Virus record (IMG/VR): IMGVR_UViG_3300047160_006395
Coordinates: 39,398 to 103,397 of that record
Length of the DNA stretch: 64,000 bases
Origin: a virus
Direction: 5' to 3' (one strand)
Below, piece by piece: positions 31,066 through 40,328 of this stretch (within the stretch, counting starts at the first letter, position 1; every line of letters starts with the position of its first letter). The translations under genes were made by a program, and so were the position numbers. The notes under the pieces are model-generated. The model was not told the origin of the DNA, did not search any database, and saw only the letters and a program-made list of their open reading frames with translations.

Positions 31066-32422
31066 CGGTTACTCCGGGGCCTGGTGGCGGCGTGGGGATG
31101 GTACCGACATCCCTCAACATCCGCTCGGTCTTGACGAGGTCACCTACCTGGAACGGATCGAGACTGCCTTGCTGGAGCCGTGTGCGCAATAGTGCGTTCA
31201 TCAACAAAGGCTGCTGGCTAGCCCGCGGGGCCAGCTGGCTGATCTGATTGAAGGCACCCAGGACATCTTCACGATTGTGCCCCTTGATGATCGGATCATT
31301 GGACAGCATATCCTCGATGTCTGCCCGGCTGGCAATATCGCGAAGCGCCTGCTCGTGCTGCGGTGTAGCGATGCGAGCAAGCTGCTTCCCGATGGCCTTC
31401 TCTTTTTCTTGCGGTCGCAAGTTCTCCACGATCGGTGATGCGAACTCACGAGCGAGCATCGCACTGACGCTAGGCAAGAACACTGGACCCGTAGCGGCTT
31501 CTTTGGTGCCCGGCGAGGATATCGGATCCAGTAGTGAAGGTCGCCGGGCTACGACGAAAGGGCGCTCCATTTCCTCCAGGGCGGTTGCCCGGTCAGCGGC
31601 TTGCTTCTCGTTGTCGACAAGCATCTGCCGAAGCCGGCCCGCCAGATCGACCAGATGGGCCACAGTATGGTAAGGCTCACCCATCGCCGAGTGGAACCGA
31701 CCGGTATAGGCCCGCTTCACCAGGTTCGGGCGGGTACGGTGTAGCTGCCTGAGCACCGCCATGCCCTCTTTACCGAACAGCGTTTCGACGTTCTCATGAA
31801 CATCGAGCAGCGTCAGGTTATCCGGCATGGCAAAGTATTCGGCCAGCTTGGCGAAGTCGCCTATGATCTGGTTCTGGATACGCGACGCTTCCAGCCGCTC
31901 TTCTTCATCAGCCCGTGCAGCTTTCTCGCGGGCCCAGATGAGCCGCTGGCCGGCTTCCAGGTCACGGACGGTCGTCGGGTAAGGCGTGACCGTCTTATCG
32001 GTTAGCTTCCAGTCAACAGCTTCAGCCGCCTTCTCCATGCCGGTCTCTTGAACAGACCGGGCATACCAGGTCGGGGCCATGGTATAGCTGTAATGCACCC
32101 CGGACTCGTGTTCGATCGCCGCGGCCGACTTGACGTGAGTAGGATATAGCCGCTCGAGGATTGACGGGGCATCAGCGATAGGAAAGTCGGCTGCCTTGTC
32201 CAACAACGAAGAATGCCCCTCACGCTGACGCGTGGTACGGCCCGTGTTATAAGCGGCCACCATCAGGCCAATCTGGCCAGGTGGGATAGCGTGGTCGGAC
32301 GCCACCTTGACTATGGCGTCATCCGGGGTATCACCCCCGTTGACCAGGTCGACGACGTCATCAAGCGCCGCCTTCAGCCGCGCTTCGCCTTCCTTGGTCA
32401 TTTTCGGCATCGTTCTGGGCAT
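31031..32422 (-). CDS. putative internal head protein, K-x-A rich
   Basis: 463 aa; KVA, KAA, KSA, KRA, KQA, KEA motifs; GGAGG RBS. Confidence 0.65.
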   Translation of the reverse strand: MPRTMPKMTKEGEARLKAALDDVVDLVNGGDTPDDAIVKVASDHAIPPGQIGLMVAAYNTGRTTRQREGHSSLLDKAADFPIADAPSILERLYPTHVKSAAAIEHESGVHYSYTMAPTWYARSVQETGMEKAAEAVDWKLTDKTVTPYPTTVRDLEAGQRLIWAREKAARADEEERLEASRIQNQIIGDFAKLAEYFAMPDNLTLLDVHENVETLFGKEGMAVLRQLHRTRPNLVKRAYTGRFHSAMGEPYHTVAHLVDLAGRLRQMLVDNEKQAADRATALEEMERPFVVARRPSLLDPISSPGTKEAATGPVFLPSVSAMLAREFASPIVENLRPQEKEKAIGKQLARIATPQHEQALRDIASRADIEDMLSNDPIIKGHNREDVLGAFNQISQLAPRASQQPLLMNALLRTRLQQGSLDPFQVGDLVKTERMLRDVGTIPTPPPGPGVTGGSSPTSVLAV

Positions 32423-32423
32423 G

Positions 32424-33395
32424 TCAGTTCTTGGCCTCCATAGTGTCTCCGTTCAATGATGGGGCCGGGAATGCCAGCAGCTCCAACATACTTTGCGCGG
32501 GGATCTCCTGACCGGCCGATATCGCCATAACTTCTTCGTAGCGAAGCTCGGCCGACAAGTCATCGTATCGACCCAGCGGTGGTGCGTCCACATGCCCAAG
32601 CCGCCGGCCGACCGTGAACGGCAAGCTGATGAGCATGGTATGAACATTCTGCTTGAGCGCCTCGGTGGCAACCCCACCAGCACCACCGCCGCCAGTCCGC
32701 TCAAGCTCGACCAGCTTGAGGAATCGGTCGATGATCTCCACGGCGTTGAAGTTATTGATACGGAGCGTCTTCAAGGCCAGCATCGCGACGCGGCGCAGAT
32801 CGTTCTGAGCAACATCGGCAACGAAGTACTTCAGATCACTGGCGCGCTCCGGTACGGCATGGCCGATCGACTGATCAACCATCAGATCCACAGCCAGTGG
32901 TCCGCCCAGCACCGCGAACAGCTTCCAGATCAGATCGTACTCACTGGCCTGGAAGCCCAGATGGATCGCCGGACCCAAGACGCAGTGCATCAAATAGCCG
33001 CGATTGGTAAGACGCTCACGGACGTTGAAAAACAATCGCTCGTAGGCTTCGATGACAGCAACTTCAGTTGCTACGCGCCGGGCGATGTTGTCGAGCTGGT
33101 CATCGGCCACGAGACGGGCCTCGACTTCGCTTCGGACAGGGTTGCCGGCGTCGCCCTGTGTGTGCCAGATATCGTGGGCCCAGTAAAGCACAGGATGCTG
33201 TTCTGACAGAACGGCCAGATCCAGCTCATTGTTGCAGTTATCCTGTTCTTTGATGAACTGAGCCGCGCGAGCGATCCATCCATCGTTATCGCGGCGCCGC
33301 GATAGCGGGTACTCGCCACTGGCGGCCAGCGAGGCGCGCTGCCACCGCCAGTCAACTGGTCGCCGAGGATTCTTGGGAGAGTACGTGTGGATCAT
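32424..33395 (-). CDS. hypothetical protein
   Basis: 323 aa; globular composition; 1-bp gap to the next gene. Confidence 0.7.
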   Translation of the reverse strand: MIHTYSPKNPRRPVDWRWQRASLAASGEYPLSRRRDNDGWIARAAQFIKEQDNCNNELDLAVLSEQHPVLYWAHDIWHTQGDAGNPVRSEVEARLVADDQLDNIARRVATEVAVIEAYERLFFNVRERLTNRGYLMHCVLGPAIHLGFQASEYDLIWKLFAVLGGPLAVDLMVDQSIGHAVPERASDLKYFVADVAQNDLRRVAMLALKTLRINNFNAVEIIDRFLKLVELERTGGGGAGGVATEALKQNVHTMLISLPFTVGRRLGHVDAPPLGRYDDLSAELRYEEVMAISAGQEIPAQSMLELLAFPAPSLNGDTMEAKN

Positions 33396-33413
33396 GGTCC
33401 GTTACGCAGCGTA

Positions 33414-33899
33414 TCAACCGCGGTAGTGCTGGATCCCCATGAAGATGCCGAAGGTCTTGGTACCAGTACCGAGCACAGTCAGTTTCATGTACAGCTTTGG
33501 CTGGGCGCTGGACAAGCTGCCATCGCGGTTGATATAGGGAATGCCGATCTGCGAGTAGGTCCCATCACTACCATCGGCCAACTCGACACGATCATTATTC
33601 GATGCTGCCACCTTGGTTGGCATAATCTGATGCTGGGCCTCGATCGCCGCATTGACGGTGGGTTCGGTACTCGTTTGGGTCACCCCCGGTGGACAGGCGA
33701 CGGCTGCATCGTAGAACGTATAGGAGAAGCCAGACAATAAGTTATTGGACGTGATCAAGGTTCCGTCCGCGTTGAGCTGGATCACCGAGAACTTCATGAT
33801 CAAGCCCATCGCTGGTGCGCCGAGCATGACGCGGACGGTCTGGCCGCCCTGAACTGTCAGGGGAAATAGGTTTGTCCCTTGGGAACTAGTATCGGCCAT
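33414..33899 (-). CDS. hypothetical protein (beta-rich)
   Basis: 161 aa; GGAGG RBS; operon packing. Confidence 0.65.
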   Translation of the reverse strand: MADTSSQGTNLFPLTVQGGQTVRVMLGAPAMGLIMKFSVIQLNADGTLITSNNLLSGFSYTFYDAAVACPPGVTQTSTEPTVNAAIEAQHQIMPTKVAASNNDRVELADGSDGTYSQIGIPYINRDGSLSSAQPKLYMKLTVLGTGTKTFGIFMGIQHYRG

Positions 33900-33907
33900 T
33901 GGGCCTC

Positions 33908-36517
33908 CTAGTCGTTCGTATCACTCTTGAAGTCGATCTTCTGGCCAGCCGCGCCAGGATCAGCCTCGATCGTCTTCTGCTTCAGGTCCAGTACGAGATC
34001 GCCAACATCCTCGAAAGAGTTCCTGAGCATATCTTCCAGCTCGGGAACGTGCTGCTTGCCGTACCGCTCCTCAAATGCCTCGCGGTGCCAGTAGAGCTGG
34101 AAGAGAACCCGGCCGATACGGTCCATGCCTTTCATCATGTCGCCCAGATAGCGATCAGTAAGCTGGTCATCTCGAGTCGTCTTGAGAAGTCCGCCCAGGA
34201 TCGACGTATCGAAGATCTCCCGCTGCCCCTTGGCAGCCGCCTGGGTCGCGGCATGAGCCGCATAGGGGTCAGGCTCGACGATAGGCCGGTACAACTCCTT
34301 ATTGGCCGGATCAGCCTGCATGCCATCGACACGCAGGTAGTCTTCCTGCGGATGCTGCGACGGTACGTACGAACCCAGGTACGAATCCTGGTCATAACGC
34401 GGCTCAGGAATGGAAGGTGCGATCGGGCTATCATCCAGCAGATAGGGATTGGCGGCGAACTTGACCCAGGGAGCGTAGTCGACACGAAACTCCTCGACAG
34501 GACCGCCTGTCTTGGCATTGTTGGCGTGGGCCAGTTTCAGCATGTCCCGGGCACTTTTCTCGCGAAAACCGAGGTTTTTGACCAGGCCAACAATCGCCTG
34601 TTTCTCGGTCATGGCTGGCCCATTATTGATGCGAGCCGTACTGCCGTCGAAGTAGATGTATAGCCGGCTATGCGGGATTGTCGAGCCGAGCCTATCAGTC
34701 CGTACCGCTGCCTTCTTATCGCCGACGTTCTCGGTCTTCTCATGCCACAACCCTAATTCGATATCAAGCAGGTGAGTCGGCATGATCGGCGGCGTTTTGC
34801 TCTCGCCTTTACCACCGGTCAAACTCTTGATCGGCCTGATGGGCTTCATCAGGTTCTCTTCCGGCGGCTCCCACTGGTCGTCGGGGTAATCGGCTTCTTC
34901 GACCTTGAGAAGGCCGGAACCTTCGGGGGTAAATACATCGCCACGACGGCTTCGCATCTCTGACCCAAGGCGGCCGCCAAGGTGAAGTCGCTCCCCGTCG
35001 GCCCAGCGATCATAAACTTCGGTGTTGTCCGTGATGCGCGCTTCATAATACCCCCAAAGAGTCATGCCGCGCATGGCCGCTGGACGCGGCCTTGCCGAAA
35101 ACATATCGTAACGGACGTTCAGGATCTTGTAGCCTTCGGAGCTGCCGATCGAACCTTCGATGATGAACGGCAAGGTAGCGTCAGGCTTCTCCCGGCCGAT
35201 GATCATGTACTGGCCATCGCTCTCACCGGTCAGCGAATCGGCATTGGGTAAACTTTCCGCCCAATCCTTCCACTCCTGATCGGGATACTGCTTCGAGACG
35301 ATGACGTATGATGGGTGGATGTTGATCCAGCCCCTGGGCTCATCGACCCTGACTACCGTGCAGAAAGTCTTGCGGCCATCGGCCCCATAGGGGCCGATGA
35401 TCACCGCCATCTTCTCGAAGACGTCGGGCTTGACCATGACGTCATAGAGACCGGTGGCGTCGGGATTGACCAGCCGGCGGCGTGTTCGCACGTTGTAGGG
35501 CACAGAGACGCCTTCATCCTGCTTACGCTCGTCCTTGATCAGGATCGCATCCCGAAGCAACTTCTCGGTATCCAGCTCATCCAGGCCCTGGGTAGCCTTC
35601 GTAACACCAGCAGAAGGGTCATAGTTATAGACCTGGAGCGAACCCATCTTGATCGGATTGTACGGTTCAAGATCCCCCAACACCGAGTGACCGCGGGCCC
35701 AACCGGGAACAGCTCGGCGCGGGGGAAGATTGAGTGGAGCCAGGACGCTGCTGTTTGCCACAGCCGCAGACTTCTCGCACTTGAGATCAAACAGCAAGCT
35801 GTCGATCATGTTCAGATCGTAAAACTGATCAAGGCCGCGCGCGATCCCTGGATATGCTTGTGCGTACTTCAAGAGCGAACGGACAGCGCGCACCCCGCCA
35901 TCCCGGAGTGCCGATGTCATTTCGCGCACATCCTTGTAGCGAGGATCGGTGAAGGGATTGGTCGTCGCGGCGTAAGCCAGCCCTGGTAGACCCTCCTGGA
36001 GCCATGCAGGGCTGGTCGAGGCGAACTTGGTCGGCGAGTGAACCAGCCTACCCAAGGTAGGTCGGCGCACGCCGACACGGCGAGTGTCTCGGTGAATACC
36101 TTCGCCCAGGCTCATCGGTTTCTTCTGGAGCAAGTAATTGATCCAGTTCTCCTTGAGCGGAACGAATTGATCGTCGTTCTTGATGTAAAGCAGCTCGTGT
36201 CCCTTGAGATCACCGTCGATGAAGAAGACAGGAGCAAAGAGGATCTGCGAGCCGACTTTGAAGCCGCGCACGCCGACCGCCTTGGTGTTATCCTCGTTGC
36301 GATCAAGCAGCTGGAACCCGACTTCGTAGTCGAGCAAACCTGGCGCGCGGTCCTTCAAGTAGGCATGGGCCAGATTGGCAAACGCCTGCTCGAACGCCTG
36401 GTCTTGGCCGTCCCCGGCCCCTTCGGCAGACTTGACATGGGATTGGGCCGCTTTACGCCAGTGGGTAATGGCTTCACGGTTGCGGCCAGGAATTGCAAGT
36501 GTCGGCATTGGCGACAT
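33908..36517 (-). CDS. large putative internal virion protein
   Basis: 869 aa; K-x-A motifs (VKSA, TKFA, EKSA, KKAA, VKFA) appear to separate segments. Confidence 0.7.
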   Translation of the reverse strand: MSPMPTLAIPGRNREAITHWRKAAQSHVKSAEGAGDGQDQAFEQAFANLAHAYLKDRAPGLLDYEVGFQLLDRNEDNTKAVGVRGFKVGSQILFAPVFFIDGDLKGHELLYIKNDDQFVPLKENWINYLLQKKPMSLGEGIHRDTRRVGVRRPTLGRLVHSPTKFASTSPAWLQEGLPGLAYAATTNPFTDPRYKDVREMTSALRDGGVRAVRSLLKYAQAYPGIARGLDQFYDLNMIDSLLFDLKCEKSAAVANSSVLAPLNLPPRRAVPGWARGHSVLGDLEPYNPIKMGSLQVYNYDPSAGVTKATQGLDELDTEKLLRDAILIKDERKQDEGVSVPYNVRTRRRLVNPDATGLYDVMVKPDVFEKMAVIIGPYGADGRKTFCTVVRVDEPRGWINIHPSYVIVSKQYPDQEWKDWAESLPNADSLTGESDGQYMIIGREKPDATLPFIIEGSIGSSEGYKILNVRYDMFSARPRPAAMRGMTLWGYYEARITDNTEVYDRWADGERLHLGGRLGSEMRSRRGDVFTPEGSGLLKVEEADYPDDQWEPPEENLMKPIRPIKSLTGGKGESKTPPIMPTHLLDIELGLWHEKTENVGDKKAAVRTDRLGSTIPHSRLYIYFDGSTARINNGPAMTEKQAIVGLVKNLGFREKSARDMLKLAHANNAKTGGPVEEFRVDYAPWVKFAANPYLLDDSPIAPSIPEPRYDQDSYLGSYVPSQHPQEDYLRVDGMQADPANKELYRPIVEPDPYAAHAATQAAAKGQREIFDTSILGGLLKTTRDDQLTDRYLGDMMKGMDRIGRVLFQLYWHREAFEERYGKQHVPELEDMLRNSFEDVGDLVLDLKQKTIEADPGAAGQKIDFKSDTND

Positions 36518-36544
36518 CCTTGTCTGTCCAGTAGTGCGGTTATC

Positions 36545-37072
36545 TCATGTTACGCCGGGCTTCACGCCGCCAATTTCTCCCGCCCCAAGACTCCTCATTT
36601 GCGAGCCGCCATGAAGGGCCAGATTCGACAGACCGGCCAGTCCCGCCATGCCAGTCGATCCTAACACCCCTTTTGTCATACCCGAAAGTGGACCGGCAGC
36701 CATCTGACCAAGGAATTGCGGTGTCATCGCACCGCTAACCGCGCCGCCGAGCATGCTGCCGATCCCACCGGCCGGTGGCGCCGGGCTGCCAGCCGGGGCT
36801 GTTGGGCGTGCCGTCGCGGGCGTTGGCTTGCCCAGCGTTCCTGGCGCCGCAGCCGGCTGCGGCGTGACATCCGGAACAGCGGGCGCTGCCGCGACATTCG
36901 ATGTCATCGGTTTGGCGCCGAAGTTACCCGCCGTAGCCGCGCCGCCGGGATTGCTGGGCTTGGTGCCGGCGGCGGCAGTGCTAAGGCTGGAACTCGGCGT
37001 CGATGATGTCGTCGCCTGAGCCATCTTCAGATGTAAAAGAGCAGCCTGCCGTCCCAGCTCTCGCGGACTCAT
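36545..37072 (-). CDS. low-complexity Ala/Gly/Pro-rich protein
   Basis: 175 aa; N-terminal LKMA; Gly-zipper-like C-terminus; GGAG RBS. Confidence 0.55.
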   Translation of the reverse strand: MSPRELGRQAALLHLKMAQATTSSTPSSSLSTAAAGTKPSNPGGAATAGNFGAKPMTSNVAAAPAVPDVTPQPAAAPGTLGKPTPATARPTAPAGSPAPPAGGIGSMLGGAVSGAMTPQFLGQMAAGPLSGMTKGVLGSTGMAGLAGLSNLALHGGSQMRSLGAGEIGGVKPGVT

Positions 37073-37086
37073 GAATCATCTCCATT

Positions 37087-37356
37087 TCAGGCTGCAACCC
37101 GAACTGGCGTAGCCGTGAAGGAGTCAGGATCGACAGCAGTATACATCAGAGCTGTAGGCGGGCTGGTCGTATTATCGACGACGATGCAGGGACCATTCGC
37201 TGCGAGATCATCGTGGACATTCTGGTTGGCGTTCTGGACATCATTCTTGAGGCTCTGAATGACTTCAGCCACTTTGTTCGCCACCATCAGGGCTTTATCG
37301 AGCGCTGCCTGGGCTCTGTGTGCGATGTCGATCAGCTGCTTGGTCGTCAGGGTCAT
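37087..37356 (-). CDS. small coiled-coil protein, paralogue 2 (MTLTTKQL...)
   Basis: ATG 37356 with GGAGG RBS; clearly similar to 37430..37735; the longer 205-aa ORF call is an artefact of upstream extension. Confidence 0.75.
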   Translation of the reverse strand: MTLTTKQLIDIAHRAQAALDKALMVANKVAEVIQSLKNDVQNANQNVHDDLAANGPCIVVDNTTSPPTALMYTAVDPDSFTATPVRVAA

Positions 37357-37370
37357 GGTTCCTCCAGTTG

Positions 37371-37406
37371 AAAACTCGGAGCCCGGCCTAAGCTCCGGGC
37401 TCCGAG
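37371..37406 (-). terminator. 12-bp perfect hairpin plus TTTT between the paralogues
   Basis: CTCGGAGCCCGG-N8-CCGGGCTCCGAG. Confidence 0.5.
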
Positions 37407-37429
37407 GCGGCCAGCACCCAAAACACAGA

Positions 37430-37735
37430 TCAGGCCGCGACGCGGATCGGCGTCGCTGTGAAGGTGTTGGGATCGGCCGCGGTGTACATCGTGACCGTTG
37501 ACGGGCTGGTCGAGTCATCGACAACGACACAGGCACCGTTGGCCGAAAGGTCATCATAGACGGCCTGGTTGGCGTCCGAAAGGACCTGCTGGGCCTGTTG
37601 AACTTGCTGCGCAGCCGCTTGGAACTGCTGCGAGGCTTGATCGAAAGCAGCCTGAGCCGCTTCGGCAGCTTGGATGAGCTGCAAAGTTGACATGTCCGAA
37701 CCATCTTTGTTCTTCGGTCGAGGTTTCTTGGGCAC
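37430..37735 (-). CDS. small coiled-coil protein, paralogue 1
   Basis: 101 aa; GGAGG RBS; shares DDL.ANG.C.VVD..TSP.T..MYTA.DP..FTATP.RVAA. Confidence 0.75.
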   Translation of the reverse strand: MPKKPRPKNKDGSDMSTLQLIQAAEAAQAAFDQASQQFQAAAQQVQQAQQVLSDANQAVYDDLSANGACVVVDDSTSPSTVTMYTAADPNTFTATPIRVAA

Positions 37736-37777
37736 GATCAGGTTCCTCCGTTGAGAGTTCAGTAAGATCCCGTCACA

Positions 37778-39772
37778 TCATACCGTCGAACCGCCATGCC
37801 AGATACCAGTCCGCACGCTAGCTGGCGTTTTGGGATGGAACTTGGGCATGTCGTCGTCGGCCATATTATCATCATCGTCGTCCCATGTATCCCCCCCAGG
37901 GTCCCAACCTTGAGTCAAGCCTTGCCGGCCGAAATGCGTGCGTTCAGCTAGGGCAGGAACGTAACTGGTACTGGCGATATCACTACTAGCACCCCGATGA
38001 GCCGCCTGCAAGGTAGCCTTCTCCAAACCTGAACCCAGATGTCGGGTCATCCAGTCAGGATCATGCTGAAGATTGTACATGCCCCGGACCATCGTTGGCT
38101 CGAACGGCGGCGGGGTGTCATGAACTTCCAGGTTGTTGACCCCGAATTCTTTGAGTTCGGGAATCATGCCCGGTCGGATCTTGGTACCGATACTGTGATG
38201 CAACACCGGGCGCTCAAGGTATTTACCCAGGGCCGACGACAAGCCAACCACTTTTGATCCAGGCCGCGGGGTCCAGTTCTTCTCGACGGTCGAGTACGGC
38301 ACGATGTCATCTTCAACATGATCACCGAACTCATCAGTAACCCGGACATGGTCGATCAGGCCCCGGGAGAGTAGCTCGACGTTTCGTCGGTGACTGCCCA
38401 TTCCTGAGCCCTTGAAGGCATCGCCGAATGCTTTGACGAAGTATCGGCGGCCCTCGCCGATGCCTTTGTGCTGGACCATCTCGGCGGGGTTGGGGATGCC
38501 GCCCGAAATAACATCGCCGGCCTCGACACTGTCGCCAACCTTGACGGTTGGATCAAGGCCATGCGGAACGTAGTGCTGCTGAGCACCGACCGAAACGTAC
38601 TTACCACCCTGGGGAGCGTCGGCGATTGTTGTGATCTTGCCGTCAATCTGGGCGTGGGTAGCTCCGCCTTTGAAGGTCTTGGGTACCTGGATCAGTTGGT
38701 TGATATGAGCGAATCCGGAGACTGCCTTGTCAGCGCCGGCGACGCCGCCGGTATGCCGGGCCGAAAGCTGGCCTTGCGAGAGCTTCTCAGACAGGGCCTG
38801 AGTTGCGGCCAGACCAACATAGTCGCCCAAGGGCGCCAGGCCACCACGTTCACGCACTCCGACATCTCGAGCATAGACACCGCCCTGCGGTGGTCCGCCG
38901 ATCATCGGTGATCGAACCAGGATGCGATTGAGCCCTTTGGTCTGGAGATCCTTGAGGATCTTGGGGGTCAGGACCGTGTTCCGCTTGTAGGGCCCGGCAG
39001 GATGGGCCAGCAAAGCTCCTTCGTTGTCAGGATCATCAGCCGTCGTTGGCAGCCCGCGGATCGATGACCTGTCTTCTTCCTCGGCATCATGGCCGGTAAC
39101 GACCAAGCGGTGACTGATCTGGTTGAGCTGCTTGGCCAGGAAGCCGGCTTCCTGGGTCGAGAACTTGGTGGCGGCAACACCCTTGCGAGCACCAAATGCA
39201 CTGGCCCAGTATTCGACTGGTGAAAGACCATGCGGGTAAGCGTGAAGGATCGGAACCGGGATCGGATTGTCATGATGATCAGCGTACATCAGGTCAGAGC
39301 CCAGGAGCGACTTCACGCTCAGCTTGCTACCTCGAGCGCCTGAGAGCACCTGATAAGCGAGTGGATTGCCGGCCTTCTTGGCCTCCTCGAAGACCGTGTC
39401 TTCCATCTCCTTGGTTCGCTCATGCAGTGCGGCAGTGATCGCATGCGCCTTTCGCTCATCGTCCATCCGGGTATCGGCCTGGATCATCTGGATGTGGCGG
39501 CGAAGCTGTTCCTTGATGCGCTCGCCAGCTGGGCTGGGCCGCAGATCTTCCAGGGAGGCAGAGTAACCACCTGTGGCATAGGCTGCATCACGGCCGACAT
39601 CGGAGAGCCGCTTGGCAATATCGCGGTACTTATCGGGATGTTTCTCGGCAATCTCCTGGAACAGCTTCTTGATGCCGCCGCCATCGAGAACGCGGGTATG
39701 GTCCCGCAACTCTTCAGGAAGAGCTTCGTTTATAGCCAGTTGCCCCAGCGTCGTTCTCAGCATCCGTGCCAC
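37778..39772 (-). CDS. rpoC: DNA-directed RNA polymerase beta' subunit, C-terminal part
   Basis: SGARGS; bridge helix EYW.SAFGARKG..ATK..T.EAG.L; trigger loop ATQALSEKLSQ..L...HTGG; HRRNVELL; the start may be ATG 39763. Confidence 0.9.
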   Translation of the reverse strand: MARMLRTTLGQLAINEALPEELRDHTRVLDGGGIKKLFQEIAEKHPDKYRDIAKRLSDVGRDAAYATGGYSASLEDLRPSPAGERIKEQLRRHIQMIQADTRMDDERKAHAITAALHERTKEMEDTVFEEAKKAGNPLAYQVLSGARGSKLSVKSLLGSDLMYADHHDNPIPVPILHAYPHGLSPVEYWASAFGARKGVAATKFSTQEAGFLAKQLNQISHRLVVTGHDAEEEDRSSIRGLPTTADDPDNEGALLAHPAGPYKRNTVLTPKILKDLQTKGLNRILVRSPMIGGPPQGGVYARDVGVRERGGLAPLGDYVGLAATQALSEKLSQGQLSARHTGGVAGADKAVSGFAHINQLIQVPKTFKGGATHAQIDGKITTIADAPQGGKYVSVGAQQHYVPHGLDPTVKVGDSVEAGDVISGGIPNPAEMVQHKGIGEGRRYFVKAFGDAFKGSGMGSHRRNVELLSRGLIDHVRVTDEFGDHVEDDIVPYSTVEKNWTPRPGSKVVGLSSALGKYLERPVLHHSIGTKIRPGMIPELKEFGVNNLEVHDTPPPFEPTMVRGMYNLQHDPDWMTRHLGSGLEKATLQAAHRGASSDIASTSYVPALAERTHFGRQGLTQGWDPGGDTWDDDDDNMADDDMPKFHPKTPASVRTGIWHGGSTV

Positions 39773-39776
39773 CTAA

Positions 39777-39805
39777 TAGCTAAAGAAAAGGGCAGGGCCC
39801 TTTTC
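39777..39805 (-). terminator. intrinsic terminator with TTTAGCTA tail
   Basis: GAAAAGGGC/GCCCTTTTC stem then TTTAGCTA. Confidence 0.65.
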
Positions 39806-39845
39806 CCACAGTGTATCACTGTGCGTTGCCACTTCAAACCATCCG

Positions 39846-40136
39846 TCATGCTGGCTTCTGCACAGCATTCGGAGGCGCGCCTTCTTTCAACATTAGGTTG
39901 CTTAACTTGTAAACGCCTATTGCCATCAATATCGCTGCGGAACGTCTAAACGTCCCAGGCTCGGCACCGCTGTTAATATAAAATGCCAAGCCCCATACGA
40001 CCACGTTGACCGTCAAGATCTGGGCAGCGAGTATCCATCGTTGCTGTCTAAGCGCGGTTATCGCCGGCCATCCGACATACGCCACCAAACCGACGACGAA
40101 GAGCACACCAACGAAGCTCATGAGCGAATCGAACAT
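39846..40136 (-). CDS. small membrane protein (about 3 TM), accessory cassette
   Basis: 96 aa hydrophobic; lower GC; has its own promoter and terminator. Confidence 0.7.
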   Translation of the reverse strand: MFDSLMSFVGVLFVVGLVAYVGWPAITALRQQRWILAAQILTVNVVVWGLAFYINSGAEPGTFRRSAAILMAIGVYKLSNLMLKEGAPPNAVQKPA

Positions 40137-40206
40137 TGTTTATTCCTTCCGGGCATCTAGCCCAATGGTCAGGGTGAAAACAGCCAGACATAGGCTGCCT
40201 TTCACT

Positions 40207-40237
40207 CTTGTATGACAAGGAAAAGCCCGAACTTTAG
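40207..40237 (-). promoter_or_regulatory. putative phage promoter CTAAAG-N15-GTCATACA
   Basis: minus strand reads CTAAAGttcgggcttttccttGTCATACAAG; very similar to 43290-43320. Confidence 0.7.
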
Positions 40238-40244
40238 CCCCGGA

Positions 40245-40295
40245 TAGCTAAAAAAAAGACCGGTACTGTGGGGCTCCGTCGCCCCGCAGTACCGG
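40245..40295 (-). terminator. intrinsic terminator with T8-AGCTA tail
   Basis: CCGGTACTG.GGGGC stem 40260-40295 then a T-run and AGCTA. Confidence 0.75.
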
Positions 40296-40328
40296 CCCTA
40301 ATCCAGCAAAGATGACAACAACGAGAGC

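Noticed and set aside
37087-37704. 205-aa ORF as a single gene or a frameshift fusion
   Set aside because: Its N-terminal part is an alternate-frame reading of the upstream paralogue; the real start is ATG 37356 with a GGAGG RBS.
204-38911. Long plus-strand ORFs (e.g. 3160..3981, 6322..7359, 22122..22976, 26873..27739, 33899..34663)
   Set aside because: They are antisense shadows of GC-rich minus-strand genes, with no recognisable motifs or RBS.
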